A DNA stretch of 64,000 bases from an uncultured Acidobacteriota bacterium (GCA_963700145.1 OY969474.1:224001-288000); one strand, 5' to 3'. Shown: positions 21,502-33,494, counted from the first letter of the stretch. Translations and numbers: made by a program. Notes: generated by a model from the letters alone, not told the origin.

Positions 21502-23188
21502 CGCGCTGCCCGGGGTCGCCGGCCGCTTCCCGGAAGGAGCGGTGGCACCCGAGGCGGGGAGCGACCTGCCGACCTGGGTGGTGCGCCGCGAGGCTTTGCC
21601 CGAGTTGGCGCGCGCCCTCCGCGACGACCCCGAGACCCGCTTCGACCTCCTCTCCGACGTCTGCGGCGTCGATTACCCCGAGCGCTCGGCCGAGGAAGGC
21701 GGTCGCTTCGACGCCGTCTACCACCTCTACTCGATCCCGCGCAACGAGCGGCTGCGGCTCAAGGTGCCGGTGCCGGCGGACGACCCGGTGGTGCCGTCGC
21801 TGGTCGGCGTCTGGAAGGCGGCCGACTGGGCCGAGCGCGAGCTCTGGGACATGTTCGGCATCCGCGCCGAGGGCCACCCGAACCTGCGCCGCATCCTCTG
21901 CCACGAGGCCTTCGTCGGCCACCCGCTGCGCAAGGACTACGACGCGGCGCGCCGCTGGATCCTGACCGAGGACAAGATCTACAAGCCGAAGTTCGACCTG
22001 CCGGAGTCGGGCGACGACCTCTTCGAGCGGATGACCATCAACATCGGCCCGTCGCACCCGGCGATGCACGGCACCTTCCGCCTCACCGCCGTCCTCGACG
22101 GCGAGACGATCGTCGCCTCCGACGTCGAGATCGGCTATCTCCACCGCTGCTTCGAGAAGATGGCCGAGACCCACACCTGGCAGCAGGTGATCCCCTACAC
22201 CGACCGGCTCAACTACTGCTCGGCCTTCATCAACAACGTCGCTTACTGCCGGGCGGTGGAGAAGCTCCTGGGGGTCGAGGTGCCGCCGCGCGCGGTCTGG
22301 GCGCGCACCATCCTGTCCGAGCTGTCGCGGATCATGGACCACTGCGTCTGCAACGGCACGACGCTGGTGGACGCCGGCGCGCTGACCAACTTCTGGTACC
22401 TCTTCCAGCCGCGCGAGGAGATCTACGGCCTGCTGGAGGCCTGCTCCGGCGCCCGCCTGACCGTCTCCTACGGCCGCATCGGCGGCCTGTCGCAGGACCT
22501 CCCGCCCGACTTCGAGGCGCGCTGCAAGCGCCTGCTCGAGATCGTGCCGCCGTTCGTCGAGGACGTTGAGAAGCTGGTCGACCACAACCGCATCTGGCTC
22601 GACCGCTCGGTCGGCATCGCCGCGATCTCGGCGGCCGAGGCGGTCAACTGGGGGTGGACGGGGCCCTGCCTACGCGCCTCGGGCGTGCCCTACGACGTGC
22701 GGCGCGCCCAGCCCTACGACCTCTACGACACGGTGGACTGGGAGGTGCCGGTCCTCTACGGCGGCGACGTCTACGACCGCTACCGCATCCGGATGCTGGA
22801 GATCCGCGAGTCGCTCAAGATCGTGCGCCAGCTCCTCGAGCGCGGCATGCCGGAGGGGCCGTACATCGTCGACGACCCGCACGTCGCGCTGCCGCCCAAG
22901 GAAGCCTGCTACAACCAGATGGAGGCCATGATCTACCACTTCAAGCTGATCATGGACGGCATCACCGTGCCGGCGGGGGAGCTCTACACGGTGACGGAGG
23001 GGGCCAACGGCGAGCTGGGCTTCTACGTCATCAGCGACGGCACCAACAAGCCGTATCGCTGCCACGTCCGCGGCCCGTGCTTCCCGATCTTCTCCACCTT
23101 CTCGAGCCTCATCGCCGGCGGTTCGGTCTCCGACGCCATCGTGTCGCTCGGCGGGCTCAACGTCATCGCCGGGGAGCTGGAGCGATGA
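21479..23188 (+). CDS. nuoCD: NADH-quinone oxidoreductase fused subunit C/D
   Basis: C part: [12 protein letters not shown]...GHPLRKDY. D part: [29 protein letters not shown]. Confidence 0.93.
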   Translation: METLAPPSALPGVAGRFPEGAVAPEAGSDLPTWVVRREALPELARALRDDPETRFDLLSDVCGVDYPERSAEEGGRFDAVYHLYSIPRNERLRLKVPVPADDPVVPSLVGVWKAADWAERELWDMFGIRAEGHPNLRRILCHEAFVGHPLRKDYDAARRWILTEDKIYKPKFDLPESGDDLFERMTINIGPSHPAMHGTFRLTAVLDGETIVASDVEIGYLHRCFEKMAETHTWQQVIPYTDRLNYCSAFINNVAYCRAVEKLLGVEVPPRAVWARTILSELSRIMDHCVCNGTTLVDAGALTNFWYLFQPREEIYGLLEACSGARLTVSYGRIGGLSQDLPPDFEARCKRLLEIVPPFVEDVEKLVDHNRIWLDRSVGIAAISAAEAVNWGWTGPCLRASGVPYDVRRAQPYDLYDTVDWEVPVLYGGDVYDRYRIRMLEIRESLKIVRQLLERGMPEGPYIVDDPHVALPPKEACYNQMEAMIYHFKLIMDGITVPAGELYTVTEGANGELGFYVISDGTNKPYRCHVRGPCFPIFSTFSSLIAGGSVSDAIVSLGGLNVIAGELER

Positions 23189-23844
23189 GCGAGGCGAGTC
23201 GCCCGCGCCTGCGCGAGCCCTACCCGGCGGCGCCGCGCCCGTACCGGCCGAGCCTCGCCGAGCGGCTCTACCTGCCGCTCATTCCGGGGCTGTTCGTCAC
23301 GCTCAAGCACTTCCTGCGCAACCTCCTCCGCCGGGGCGACACGCCGTACACGATCGAGTACCCCGAGGAGCGCCGCGCCTACAGCCACCGCTTCCGCGGC
23401 CACCACATCCTGACGACGCGCCCGGACGGCTCGGTGCGCTGCGTCGCCTGCTACCTCTGCGCCTGGGCCTGCCCGGCGGAGTGCATCCACATCGAGGCCG
23501 GCGAGCACCCGGACGTCAACATCGAGAAGTACCCGCTGGTCTACGAGATCGACATGCTGCGCTGCATCTTCTGCGGCTACTGCGTGGACGCCTGCCCGGA
23601 AGAGGCCATCATCATGTCCAACAACTACGACATGGCCTACTTCAACCGCGAGCAGTCGATCGTCGGCAAGTCCGACCTGATGAAGCCGTTCACCTTCGAC
23701 GAGGACCAGCTCGGCTACCGGCCGCGGTATCCTGAAGAGGACGCCCAGCGCGCCCGCATGCGGCGCGAGGCCTTCTCGATCGTCGAAGCCGCCCGCGCCG
23801 CCCAGGAGCGCGAAGAGCTGGCGGCCCGGGCCGGCGGCCGCTAA
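23185..23844 (+). CDS. nuoI: NADH-quinone oxidoreductase subunit I
   Basis: ATGA overlap with nuoCD; [19 protein letters not shown] and [12 protein letters not shown]. Confidence 0.93.
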   Translation: MSEASRPRLREPYPAAPRPYRPSLAERLYLPLIPGLFVTLKHFLRNLLRRGDTPYTIEYPEERRAYSHRFRGHHILTTRPDGSVRCVACYLCAWACPAECIHIEAGEHPDVNIEKYPLVYEIDMLRCIFCGYCVDACPEEAIIMSNNYDMAYFNREQSIVGKSDLMKPFTFDEDQLGYRPRYPEEDAQRARMRREAFSIVEAARAAQEREELAARAGGR

Positions 23845-24797
23845 CCGCCCCCCTCCCCCTCACCGGCAGAGGCCGGGACGGCGTCGAGCACCGCGTCGTC
23901 GAGCGGCAGAGCGAGCGCGGCCAGGTTCTCCTCGAGCTGGGCCGCCGACGTGACGCCGAGCAGGACGCTCGAAAGGCCCGGCTGCCGCAGCAGCCAGCGC
24001 AGCGCGAGCTGGGCGGGCGAGACGCCGTGGCCCTTGGCCAGGTCCGCCAGGCGCCGCGCGTAGGCGATCGCCTCGGGTCCGGCGTTCTCCCGCAGCCAGG
24101 CGTGGGCCTCCAGACGCGTGTCGGCGCCGATCCCCTGCGCGTACTTGTTGGTCAGCACGCCGGAGGCCAGCGGGCTCCAGGCGAAGAGCCCGAGCCCGGT
24201 CTCCGCGAGCACCGGCAGCACCTCTTCCTGGACGCGCCGCCGGACCAGCAGGTTGAACTGGCTCTGCTCGACGATGGGCGCGTGCCATCCCGCCGCCCGG
24301 CAGAGCTCGACGGCGCGGCGGATCTCGGCGGCGGGCCATTGGCTGGTGCCCCAGTAGAGGAGCTTGCCGGCCCGGCAGAGGTCCTCCATCGCCCGGGCGG
24401 TCTCCTCGATCTCGGTCTCGGGGTCGTGGCGGTGGCAGAAGTAGATGTCGAGGTGATCGAGCCCCAGCCGGGCCAGCGACCCTTCGACCGACTCGACGAC
24501 GTGCTTGCGCGACAGGCCGCGCTCGGTCACGTGCGGGCCGGTGGGGAAGAAGGCCTTGCTGGTGACGACGATCGCGCTCCGCGGCAGCGCCTTGAGGATC
24601 GGCCCCAGCAGCGCCTCCGCCTCGCCTTGCGCGTAGACGTCGGCGAGATCGAAGAGGTTGATCCCGGCGTCGAATGCGCGGCGGACGAGCGCCGCCGCCT
24701 CGCCGCGGTCGCGGAGCTTGGCGCCGAAGGTCAGCCAGGCGCCGAGACCGAAGACGCTCACCTTGAGACCCGACCGGCCGACGCGGCGATATTCCAT
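23841..24797 (-). CDS. Aldo/keto reductase (Kv-beta-like)
   Basis: MEYRRVGRSGLKVS...GLGAWLTFG, FDLADVY, GLSRKHV, YWGTSQW, WSPLASG. Confidence 0.92.
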   Translation of the reverse strand: MEYRRVGRSGLKVSVFGLGAWLTFGAKLRDRGEAAALVRRAFDAGINLFDLADVYAQGEAEALLGPILKALPRSAIVVTSKAFFPTGPHVTERGLSRKHVVESVEGSLARLGLDHLDIYFCHRHDPETEIEETARAMEDLCRAGKLLYWGTSQWPAAEIRRAVELCRAAGWHAPIVEQSQFNLLVRRRVQEEVLPVLAETGLGLFAWSPLASGVLTNKYAQGIGADTRLEAHAWLRENAGPEAIAYARRLADLAKGHGVSPAQLALRWLLRQPGLSSVLLGVTSAAQLEENLAALALPLDDAVLDAVPASAGEGEGGG

Positions 24798-24808
24798 TGT
24801 TTCGGTCC

Positions 24809-25978
24809 TCAGGCAGACCGCAGCACGCGCTGCACGGCCTCCACGTAGCTCAGCACCCCGTCGCGCGTGAGCATCGTCGCCGACGGCTCGTAGCCGCCTT
24901 CCTCGTAGATGTGTGGCAGCGGCAGGTAGCCGACGTAGTCGTTGGCATAGCTGACCGGCAGGCAGGCGGCCGGGTCCGCGACGCAGCCGCGGATGCGGTC
25001 GCCCGTCTCGGCCAGGCACTCTCCGCCGAGCGCGGCCAGTGCCACCGGGCCGATCCTCAGCACCTGCGCCTCGACGCGCATCCCGCCGTCCCGCGCCGTC
25101 CGCCGCCGCTGTGCGACGGTGAGGTAGGGGTGGTCCTTGCCTTCGAGCAAGCTCTCCGCGCTGGCGGCGGACAGGGCGACGGACGGCTGGCCCGCCGCAG
25201 TCCGCACCGCCGCGAGCGCGGCGTCCGCCACGGCGCGGGCGACCTCCTCCACCTGCGCGTACGTGCCCCCGGTCCACACCCGCGGGTTGTTGTCCCCGGC
25301 GGCGCCGTTCAGGAAGAGCCAGGCGCCCCCGGTCTCGCGCTCCAGGGTCGTGGTCAGCACGCCGCACCAGTCGCCGCTGACCATCAGGCTGTCGCCGCCG
25401 AGGACGACGGGGTGCATGGCGGCGTGCACGAGCCGCGCGATCGGGGCGCCGCCGGACGCCGCGAACGACAGCACCGCCAGGCGCCGGTCGACGGGTCCCT
25501 CGGGGTTCGGCTCGAGCCGGACCGCCCCGTCGCGGGGGTGGCGGCGGTTGACCGCCGTGTCGATCGTGCCGTGACCGACGCGCAGCTCGCAGTCTTCGAG
25601 GCGGTGGGCGGCGCGGAAGACGGTGCCGGCGACCTGGTGCACCAGCGTCGTCAGCCACCAGTCGCTGATCGGCGGGGCGAAGGCGTACCAGTCGAGCGTG
25701 TCCGGGCCGGAGTGGGTGTGCGTACACGCCACCAGGACGTGCGCGGGCGGGATCCCGGTGAGCCGCTCGACGGCCGCCCGGATGCGCGCGACGTGGTCGC
25801 GCTCGAGCCAGAGCAGATCGCAGGAGACGACGGCGTAGCGCCGGCCGTCCTGCTCCAGGACCAGCGCCCGGGCGTGGAGCTCGTCGGCGACGTCCACGGC
25901 GATGCGCCGACCCCGGTGGCCGGCGAGCTGCACGGGCAGGGGCGGGGTGACGACGGTCCTGGCGGCCCCGGCCTTCAG
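24809..25978 (-). CDS. Neutral/alkaline ceramidase N-terminal-domain family hydrolase (probable CTG start)
   Basis: LKAGAARTVVTP, DELHARALVL, CTHTHSGP, AMHP, SGDW, GAAGD, YLP...GGYE. A GGAGG sits 7 nt before a CTG that overlaps the upstream TGA. Confidence 0.8.
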   Translation of the reverse strand: MKAGAARTVVTPPLPVQLAGHRGRRIAVDVADELHARALVLEQDGRRYAVVSCDLLWLERDHVARIRAAVERLTGIPPAHVLVACTHTHSGPDTLDWYAFAPPISDWWLTTLVHQVAGTVFRAAHRLEDCELRVGHGTIDTAVNRRHPRDGAVRLEPNPEGPVDRRLAVLSFAASGGAPIARLVHAAMHPVVLGGDSLMVSGDWCGVLTTTLERETGGAWLFLNGAAGDNNPRVWTGGTYAQVEEVARAVADAALAAVRTAAGQPSVALSAASAESLLEGKDHPYLTVAQRRRTARDGGMRVEAQVLRIGPVALAALGGECLAETGDRIRGCVADPAACLPVSYANDYVGYLPLPHIYEEGGYEPSATMLTRDGVLSYVEAVQRVLRSA

Positions 25979-26922
25979 CGCGCCGCCTCCAGCAGCTGCA
26001 GGTTGACCGACGGCCGCGGCGGCCGCCGGTCGCCTTCGCACTTCCGGCAGCCGGCGCAGTGGGGAACGTTCTGCCGGCCGGCGGCGAGGATCAGCTCGCG
26101 GAAGCGCCGTGCGCGGCGGATCAACGCCGACAACGGCTCGCTGCAGAGGTTGCCCACGTGTCCGGAGCCGTGGCGGCCGAGCAGGCAGACGAACGCCTCG
26201 CCCGCCGGGCTGACGCAGACCGCGTGCCCGGCCCAGAAGCAGGGTCCGGCCGGCAGCGGCGCCACGGCCGGCACGTCCGCCCAGTCGCTGACCACCGCGG
26301 CGCCGCCGGCCGTCTCCGGCTGACGGGGGACGGCGAGGTCGTCGCCCGTAGGCAGGATCGGGCTGACCCGCTGCCAGGCGTCCACCGACCGCGCGAGGCG
26401 CAGGAACTCGTCGTCGTAGGCCGCGCGCCGCTCGCGCAGGTCGAGCTGGTAGAGGACGATCCGCGGCCGCCGCGCCGCGCCCCGGGCCTCGAGGAGCCGC
26501 CACGCGCCGGCGATCGCCCGATCGTAGGTGCCGGCGCCGCGGTTGGCCTCGTGGCTGGCGCGGCTGCCGCCGTCGATGGAGAGATAGATCGTGCAGTCGC
26601 CGGCGGCGGCGATCACTCGGGCCGCCAGCCGCCGGTTGAGGAGCATGGCGTTGGTGTGGAACTGGACCGGGAAGGCCGGCCGGCGCGTCATGATCATCGC
26701 CAGCAGCTCGGGGAACCGCGGGTTCATCAGCGGCTCGCCCCGCCAGTTGAAGGTCAGCTCTTGCACCGCGGCGCCGGCGTCTCGCTCGACCTGGTCCAGC
26801 ATCCTGCCCAGCCGGTCGGCGTCCAGGTCCTCGGCCGCATGGTCCCGGCGGGTGTAGCAGAGGCTGCAGGCGATGTTGCACCGGCGGGTGGGATCGATCC
26901 ACAGCCAGACCTTGTCCGCCAC
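25975..26922 (-). CDS. Radical SAM enzyme with C-terminal SPASM/twitch-like Cys cluster
   Basis: GGAGG plus GTG start; CNIACSLC (CxxxCxxC), GEPL, HTNA, SIDG; C-terminal CFW...CVSPAG..FVC...GNL...CAGCRKC. Confidence 0.9.
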   Translation of the reverse strand: MADKVWLWIDPTRRCNIACSLCYTRRDHAAEDLDADRLGRMLDQVERDAGAAVQELTFNWRGEPLMNPRFPELLAMIMTRRPAFPVQFHTNAMLLNRRLAARVIAAAGDCTIYLSIDGGSRASHEANRGAGTYDRAIAGAWRLLEARGAARRPRIVLYQLDLRERRAAYDDEFLRLARSVDAWQRVSPILPTGDDLAVPRQPETAGGAAVVSDWADVPAVAPLPAGPCFWAGHAVCVSPAGEAFVCLLGRHGSGHVGNLCSEPLSALIRRARRFRELILAAGRQNVPHCAGCRKCEGDRRPPRPSVNLQLLEAAR

Positions 26923-26939
26923 GGGGCCTCCGGCGGTGC

Positions 26940-28238
26940 CTATTCGACTTCGTCCGGTTGGAAGCTCGCCAGCGTCCCGGACAGCGCCGGCCGCAGCGTC
27001 AGGCTCGCCCGTCCCGCGGCGATCTCGCCCGCCAACAGCGGGCTGCGGTCGAGGATCGCCTGCCGCAGCGCGGCCAGCAGCGCGGCGGCGCGCTCGGCAT
27101 AGAGGTAGTGCGCGTAGCGCAGCTCGACCGTCACCACGAGCTCGTGACGGCCGGCGTCGCCGCGGTGGTCGAGGCACGCCTTCACGTGGCCCAGCGCCGA
27201 GCGGTCGGCGACGCCGGTCACCTTGGGAAACATCGCCGAGGAGGCGACGTCGGGGTGCTCGTCGAGGACGTCGTAGAGGTCGTGGCCGGCGAGGAGCGCC
27301 GCGGGACCGGAGGGCGTGGGGACGACGACGCAGGACGACAGCCGCCCCCGCAGCTCGAACCCCAGGGGGTCGACCGGGCAGTCGGTCGCGGTGACGGTCA
27401 CGACGTCGCCCGTGAAGTAGCGGATCATCGGCTGCTTCTGGACGAAGGGGCGGAGGCAGGTCAGCACCAGGACGCCGGTGCCGCGCCGGATGGGCGTCGC
27501 CGCGGCCGGGTCCACGACCTCCGGCAGCAGGTGCGGGTCGCAGTGGTAGGCGCCGCACTCGGCGCAGCGGTCGGCCCCGCCGAAGACCTCGCTGAGGCTG
27601 TAGCGGCTGCGCAGCGGCGCGCCCCAGGTCTCCTCCAGCCAGCGCCGCAGCCGGCCGGTCACGAAGTCGCCGGTCGTGACGATGGCGCCGACCCTGGAGA
27701 GTGAGAAGTCGAACCCCGCCTCGATCAGCCGGCAGGTGGCGATCCGCACTTGCGACTCGAGGCCGACGAAGACGGTGTCGCGCCGCCCCGAGCCGTCGCC
27801 CGCGAAGAGGGCGGCGAGCGCACCCGGCTCGACGGGGAGGGTGAAATCCGCGTGGGCGACCGGGCCGCGGTACGGCACCGGCGTCGGCTGCCCGTGGTGC
27901 GAGCCCATCGCCGCGATGCAGGGGGCGCCGGCGGCCAGGGCCTGGCCGCGCTGCAGCTCGAGGAACAGCTCGGCGATGAACTCGAGCTCGGCCGCGCTGC
28001 GGTGGAGGGTCAGCTGGCGGCCGCTGCTGCCGCCGGTCTGCTGCAGGGCGGCCGTCGGCAGGGAGGGATCGACGAAGCTCGCCGCATCCTCGAGCATGCG
28101 CTCCTTGGTGACGACGGGAAGCGCATCCAGCCGCCCGTGGGCGAGGAACTCGTCCCACCGCGAACCCCAGAGGCGGCGATAGCCGGGGACGCTTTCGCGG
28201 GCGTGCGCCAGGGTGCCCGGCAGCAGCGCCGTTCGCAG
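26940..28238 (-). CDS. PaaK-like (phenylacetate-CoA ligase family) adenylate-forming enzyme; start uncertain
   Basis: TGGSSG, YSLSE, PMIRYFTGD and LRGR motifs. The frame extends upstream of ATG 28097 through a PaaK-type N-terminus (LAHARESVPGYRR...LDALPVVTK) with no ATG/GTG/TTG; CTG at 28238 is a guess. Confidence 0.75.
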   Translation of the reverse strand: MRTALLPGTLAHARESVPGYRRLWGSRWDEFLAHGRLDALPVVTKERMLEDAASFVDPSLPTAALQQTGGSSGRQLTLHRSAAELEFIAELFLELQRGQALAAGAPCIAAMGSHHGQPTPVPYRGPVAHADFTLPVEPGALAALFAGDGSGRRDTVFVGLESQVRIATCRLIEAGFDFSLSRVGAIVTTGDFVTGRLRRWLEETWGAPLRSRYSLSEVFGGADRCAECGAYHCDPHLLPEVVDPAAATPIRRGTGVLVLTCLRPFVQKQPMIRYFTGDVVTVTATDCPVDPLGFELRGRLSSCVVVPTPSGPAALLAGHDLYDVLDEHPDVASSAMFPKVTGVADRSALGHVKACLDHRGDAGRHELVVTVELRYAHYLYAERAAALLAALRQAILDRSPLLAGEIAAGRASLTLRPALSGTLASFQPDEVE

Positions 28239-28291
28239 CCGGTCTCGGTACTCCCGGGGGGCCTCGCTCCGCGGCTCGTCGCGACGATGGC

Positions 28292-28483
28292 CTAGGGAGA
28301 CCGTCGGCCGAACCCCGCGAACTCGGCCAGCACCGCGGCTTCCGCGAGCGCGGCCTCCGCGGCGGCGACCTGGAAGGCGGCCGCTTCGGCGACGAGTGCC
28401 AGCGGCTGGTCCTTGTTGCCGAGGGCGTTGCGATAGAGCTCCGCCAGCTCACTGACCGTGGGGACCGAGAGCGCGATCTTCAT
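28292..28483 (-). CDS. 63-aa Ala/Glu-rich peptide (candidate precursor, or frameshifted N-terminus of the ligase)
   Basis: AAGGAGG RBS and ATG, GC-rich third codon positions; MKIALSVPTVSELAELYRNALG...AEAAAFQVAAAEAALAEAAVLAEF. Confidence 0.55.
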   Translation of the reverse strand: MKIALSVPTVSELAELYRNALGNKDQPLALVAEAAAFQVAAAEAALAEAAVLAEFAGFGRRSP

Positions 28484-28498
28484 CTGAAGCCTCCTTGC

Positions 28499-28948
28499 CT
28501 ACAGCGGGCAGTTGATCGAGAGCAGGAAGCCGTCCGGGTCGGTGACGGTGATCTCGCGCACGCCCCAGGAGCGGTCGGTGGGGCCGTCGGTGAGCGTGCC
28601 GCCGGCGGCGCGGATGCGCTCGGCCAGGGCGTCGACGTTCTGCGAGGTCTCGCCGTGCAGGCGGATGCCGACGCCCTTCTTGCGGTCGCGCCCCTTCTTC
28701 CAGTCGTCCTGCGTCAGGTAGAGCTCGCAGCTCCCGGCCTTGAGCTGGACGCCCTGCAGCACGCCGTCCGCCTCCCAGTGCTCCCCCTCGACGAACCCGA
28801 GCACGTCGCGGTACCAGGCGAGGCTGCGGCCGATGTCGTCCACCGTCAGCGTCGGCGTGACCGAGCGCAGCCGCAGCGTCTCGGGCTGCCGCCGCTCGCG
28901 GTGCTCCCGCGGCGCCGCGCCACCACCGCTGCCTCCCTCGTTGGCCAT
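28499..28948 (-). CDS. VOC/glyoxalase family protein
   Basis: LTVDDIGRSLAWYRDVLGF and WGVREITVTDPDGF. Confidence 0.88.
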   Translation of the reverse strand: MANEGGSGGGAAPREHRERRQPETLRLRSVTPTLTVDDIGRSLAWYRDVLGFVEGEHWEADGVLQGVQLKAGSCELYLTQDDWKKGRDRKKGVGIRLHGETSQNVDALAERIRAAGGTLTDGPTDRSWGVREITVTDPDGFLLSINCPL

Positions 28949-29094
28949 ATCGTGGACCCTCCGAGGAACGCTAGCACAGGCCTTCCCCCCGGAATGACAC
29001 CGCGGCGGGGCTCTGTTACCATTTGCAGGCCCGGCCCGTGGGCCGGGTGTTCTCGTCTCCAGGCCGCCCCCACCGCTACCCGAGAAAGGAAGGC

Positions 29095-30975
<1,881 letters not shown>

Positions 30976-30985
30976 GAGCCCGACG

Positions 30986-32020
30986 ATGGCCGCCACGCCG
31001 CCGACCCTGACCAAGAAGGACTTCACCACCGACCAAGAGGTGCGCTGGTGCCCCGGCTGCGGGGACTACGCGATCCTCTCGGCGGTGCAGCAGGTGTTCC
31101 CCGAGCTGGGGATCCCCAAGGAGCGCTTCGTCGTCGTCTCCGGGATCGGCTGCTCGTCGCGCTTTCCTTATTACATGGACACCTTCGGCTTCCACTCGAT
31201 CCACGGCCGCGCACCGGCGGTGGCGACCGGGCTCAAGATGGCGCGGCCGGACCTCGAGGTCTGGATCGCCACCGGCGACGGCGACGCGATGTCGATCGGC
31301 GGCAACCACCTGATCCACACCCTGCGCCGCAACGTCGGGGTCAAGATCCTGATGTTCAACAACCGGATCTACGGCCTGACCAAGGGGCAGTACTCGCCGA
31401 CCAGCGAGCTGGGGAAGCGCACCAAGTCCAGCCCTTCGGGGTCGGTGGACTACCCGTTCAACCCGCTGTCGCTGGCGCTCGGCGCCGGCGCCACCTTCGT
31501 GGCGCGCACCGTGGACATCTACCAGCAGCACTTGAAGGAGACGCTGCGGCGCGCCGCCAAGCACCGCGGCACGGCCTTCGTCGAGATCTACCAGAACTGC
31601 AACATCTTCAACGACAAGGCCTTCACCTACATGACCGAGAAGGACACGCGCGACGACGCCACGCTCTACTTGGAGCACGGCAAGCCGATGGTCTACGGCA
31701 AGGCGCGCGACAAGGGCATCCGCATGAACGGCACGCGGATGGAGGTGATCCACCTGGGCGACACCCTCACCGAGGCCGACTGCCTGGTCTGGGACGAGTC
31801 CGACGAGAACCCGGCCACCGCCTTCCTCGCCGCGCAGCTCCTCCCCCCCGACTTCCCGACCCCCGTCGGGGTGATCCGCGCCCACGACATCCCGAGCTAC
31901 GAAGAGCGCGTCGTCGCCCAGATCCAGAGCGAGATCGACCGCCTCGGGCAGGGGAGCCTAGAAGCCCTCATCCACTCCGGCGACACCTGGACGGTGCACC
32001 CGGACGGGCACGTGAGCTAA
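30986..32020 (+). CDS. korB: 2-oxoacid:ferredoxin oxidoreductase beta subunit
   Basis: WCPGCGD, SGIGCSSR, HSIHGR and the TPP motif GDGD...NN, YGLTKGQ. Confidence 0.93.
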   Translation: MAATPPTLTKKDFTTDQEVRWCPGCGDYAILSAVQQVFPELGIPKERFVVVSGIGCSSRFPYYMDTFGFHSIHGRAPAVATGLKMARPDLEVWIATGDGDAMSIGGNHLIHTLRRNVGVKILMFNNRIYGLTKGQYSPTSELGKRTKSSPSGSVDYPFNPLSLALGAGATFVARTVDIYQQHLKETLRRAAKHRGTAFVEIYQNCNIFNDKAFTYMTEKDTRDDATLYLEHGKPMVYGKARDKGIRMNGTRMEVIHLGDTLTEADCLVWDESDENPATAFLAAQLLPPDFPTPVGVIRAHDIPSYEERVVAQIQSEIDRLGQGSLEALIHSGDTWTVHPDGHVS

Positions 32021-32029
32021 GGCTCGATC

Positions 32030-32056
32030 CCGGGGCGGCACTGCAGCCGCCCCGAG
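32030..32056. terminator. Hairpin between convergent genes (probable terminator)
   Basis: cggggcggc-actgca-gccgccccg stem-loop downstream of korB. Confidence 0.55.
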
Positions 32057-32075
32057 GCTCGGCTTTCACCTTCTT

Positions 32076-33494
32076 TTACTTCTTCTCTTTCAGCTCCTCG
32101 ACCTTCGCCGCCAGCTCGGTGATGGTCTTCTGCTGCTCCTGGACGACCTTGGTCAAGACGGCCACCATCTCCATCGGGCTGAGTGACTTGCGGTCGTTGT
32201 AGGCGACCAGCTCAGGAACGTCCTCAGCGATGAAGCCTAGAACGACCTCGTTGGGACTTTCGTTGGCGCGGTAGCGCACGGGCTCGAGCTGGGCGAAGGC
32301 CGCCATCGCCTCGCTCGCCTCGAGCGCATGAATGTCGTGCTTGATCGCACGGCTCGAGCCGTTCGTCCAGATACCCCCTTCGAGGCGCGCGTTCGAGCTC
32401 TGGTGGACCAGCGGATGGGCCGGGTTGAAGCCCGCCACGTTGCTGCCGAACCCAATATTCCCCTCGTTGTCGATGATGACCCGCTGAGCGTTGGCGGTGA
32501 GGAAGCGGAGGGAGGGGTTGGGGGCCGTAGCCGAGGCGTCGGGGCGGACGTTGAGGTAGGCGGCACCACGGCCGAAGCTCGCGCCGCCGTAGCCGAAGTT
32601 AAAGGCGGGACCGTTGAGCGGATCGGGCCCGGCGCTGACGAAGACGTCGGTGGTCTGGCCACTGAAGAGGTGGAGCTTGGCACCTGGAGAGCCGGTGCCG
32701 ATGCCGAGCCTGGTGCTGGCGTTCGGCATCAACACGTCTCCATTGGCCAGCAGGACGAGGGCATCTGAGGGGGCGCCGCCTTGGATACTGAACGGGACGT
32801 CGATCTGGCCCTCGCCCAAATCGACGATCTCGAAGTTATCCGTGCCGATCGCGCCGGTCCGGACTATCCAATCGCGCTCACTGGTTGTTCCGCCGTAGAC
32901 ATCCTCGAAGAGGATGCCGAGTCCGTCTCCCTTGAGTCGCACGCCGTCCGCGAAAGACCCCTCGTCGCCGTCGACGAGACATGAAAACCCGATGCAGGCG
33001 GTCCCATCCACGACAAGGTCGTCGTTGATCGTCTGCGCGGCCGCGGTGATCGACCGGAGGCCGCCGCCCGCGGGCAGCGTCGTCCGCGGCCCCGGGTCGG
33101 TCGCGGGCTCGATGAAGCTGCCTTCGCGGATTTCGAACGAGCCGGACACGAGGAGTCGATCGGTCGTTCGCAGCTCATAGGTGTAGCTGCCGTCGGGATA
33201 CCGCTGCCCCTGTGCGTCGAAAAGGCCGAAGGTCGGCAGATCGGGGGGGCCAAACTCCTGCCGCACCCAGACGCCGTCGGGACCGCTCACCGTTAGCGCC
33301 AGCCCCTCATGGTCCTCCGCCGGCAGCCAGTTGACTGCCGAGGAGGAGACCTGCATCGCGGCGGCGGGAGCGGCGGCGCGGGGTTCGTCGTCGTTGGCCT
33401 TTCGTGCTTCGGGGTCTTGAGCCGCGGCGGAAGCCAATGTGACGAGGGCTCCCACTAAGACCAGCTTGCTGACGCGCCATCCTCTGCTTGGCAT
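32076..33494 (-). CDS. Secreted tail-fibre-like protein with C-terminal peptidase S74-type intramolecular chaperone
   Basis: Signal-like N-terminus; GIGT..P..KLH unit; SSRAIKHDI cleavage-type motif, LGFIAEDVPELV and a terminal coiled coil. Confidence 0.8.
   Translation of the reverse strand: MPSRGWRVSKLVLVGALVTLASAAAQDPEARKANDDEPRAAAPAAAMQVSSSAVNWLPAEDHEGLALTVSGPDGVWVRQEFGPPDLPTFGLFDAQGQRYPDGSYTYELRTTDRLLVSGSFEIREGSFIEPATDPGPRTTLPAGGGLRSITAAAQTINDDLVVDGTACIGFSCLVDGDEGSFADGVRLKGDGLGILFEDVYGGTTSERDWIVRTGAIGTDNFEIVDLGEGQIDVPFSIQGGAPSDALVLLANGDVLMPNASTRLGIGTGSPGAKLHLFSGQTTDVFVSAGPDPLNGPAFNFGYGGASFGRGAAYLNVRPDASATAPNPSLRFLTANAQRVIIDNEGNIGFGSNVAGFNPAHPLVHQSSNARLEGGIWTNGSSRAIKHDIHALEASEAMAAFAQLEPVRYRANESPNEVVLGFIAEDVPELVAYNDRKSLSPMEMVAVLTKVVQEQQKTITELAAKVEELKEKK

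Noticed and set aside
21479-23188. Group 4 [NiFe]-hydrogenase large subunit
   Set aside because: The N- and C-terminal CxxC nickel-binding motifs are absent, and NuoD motifs are present.
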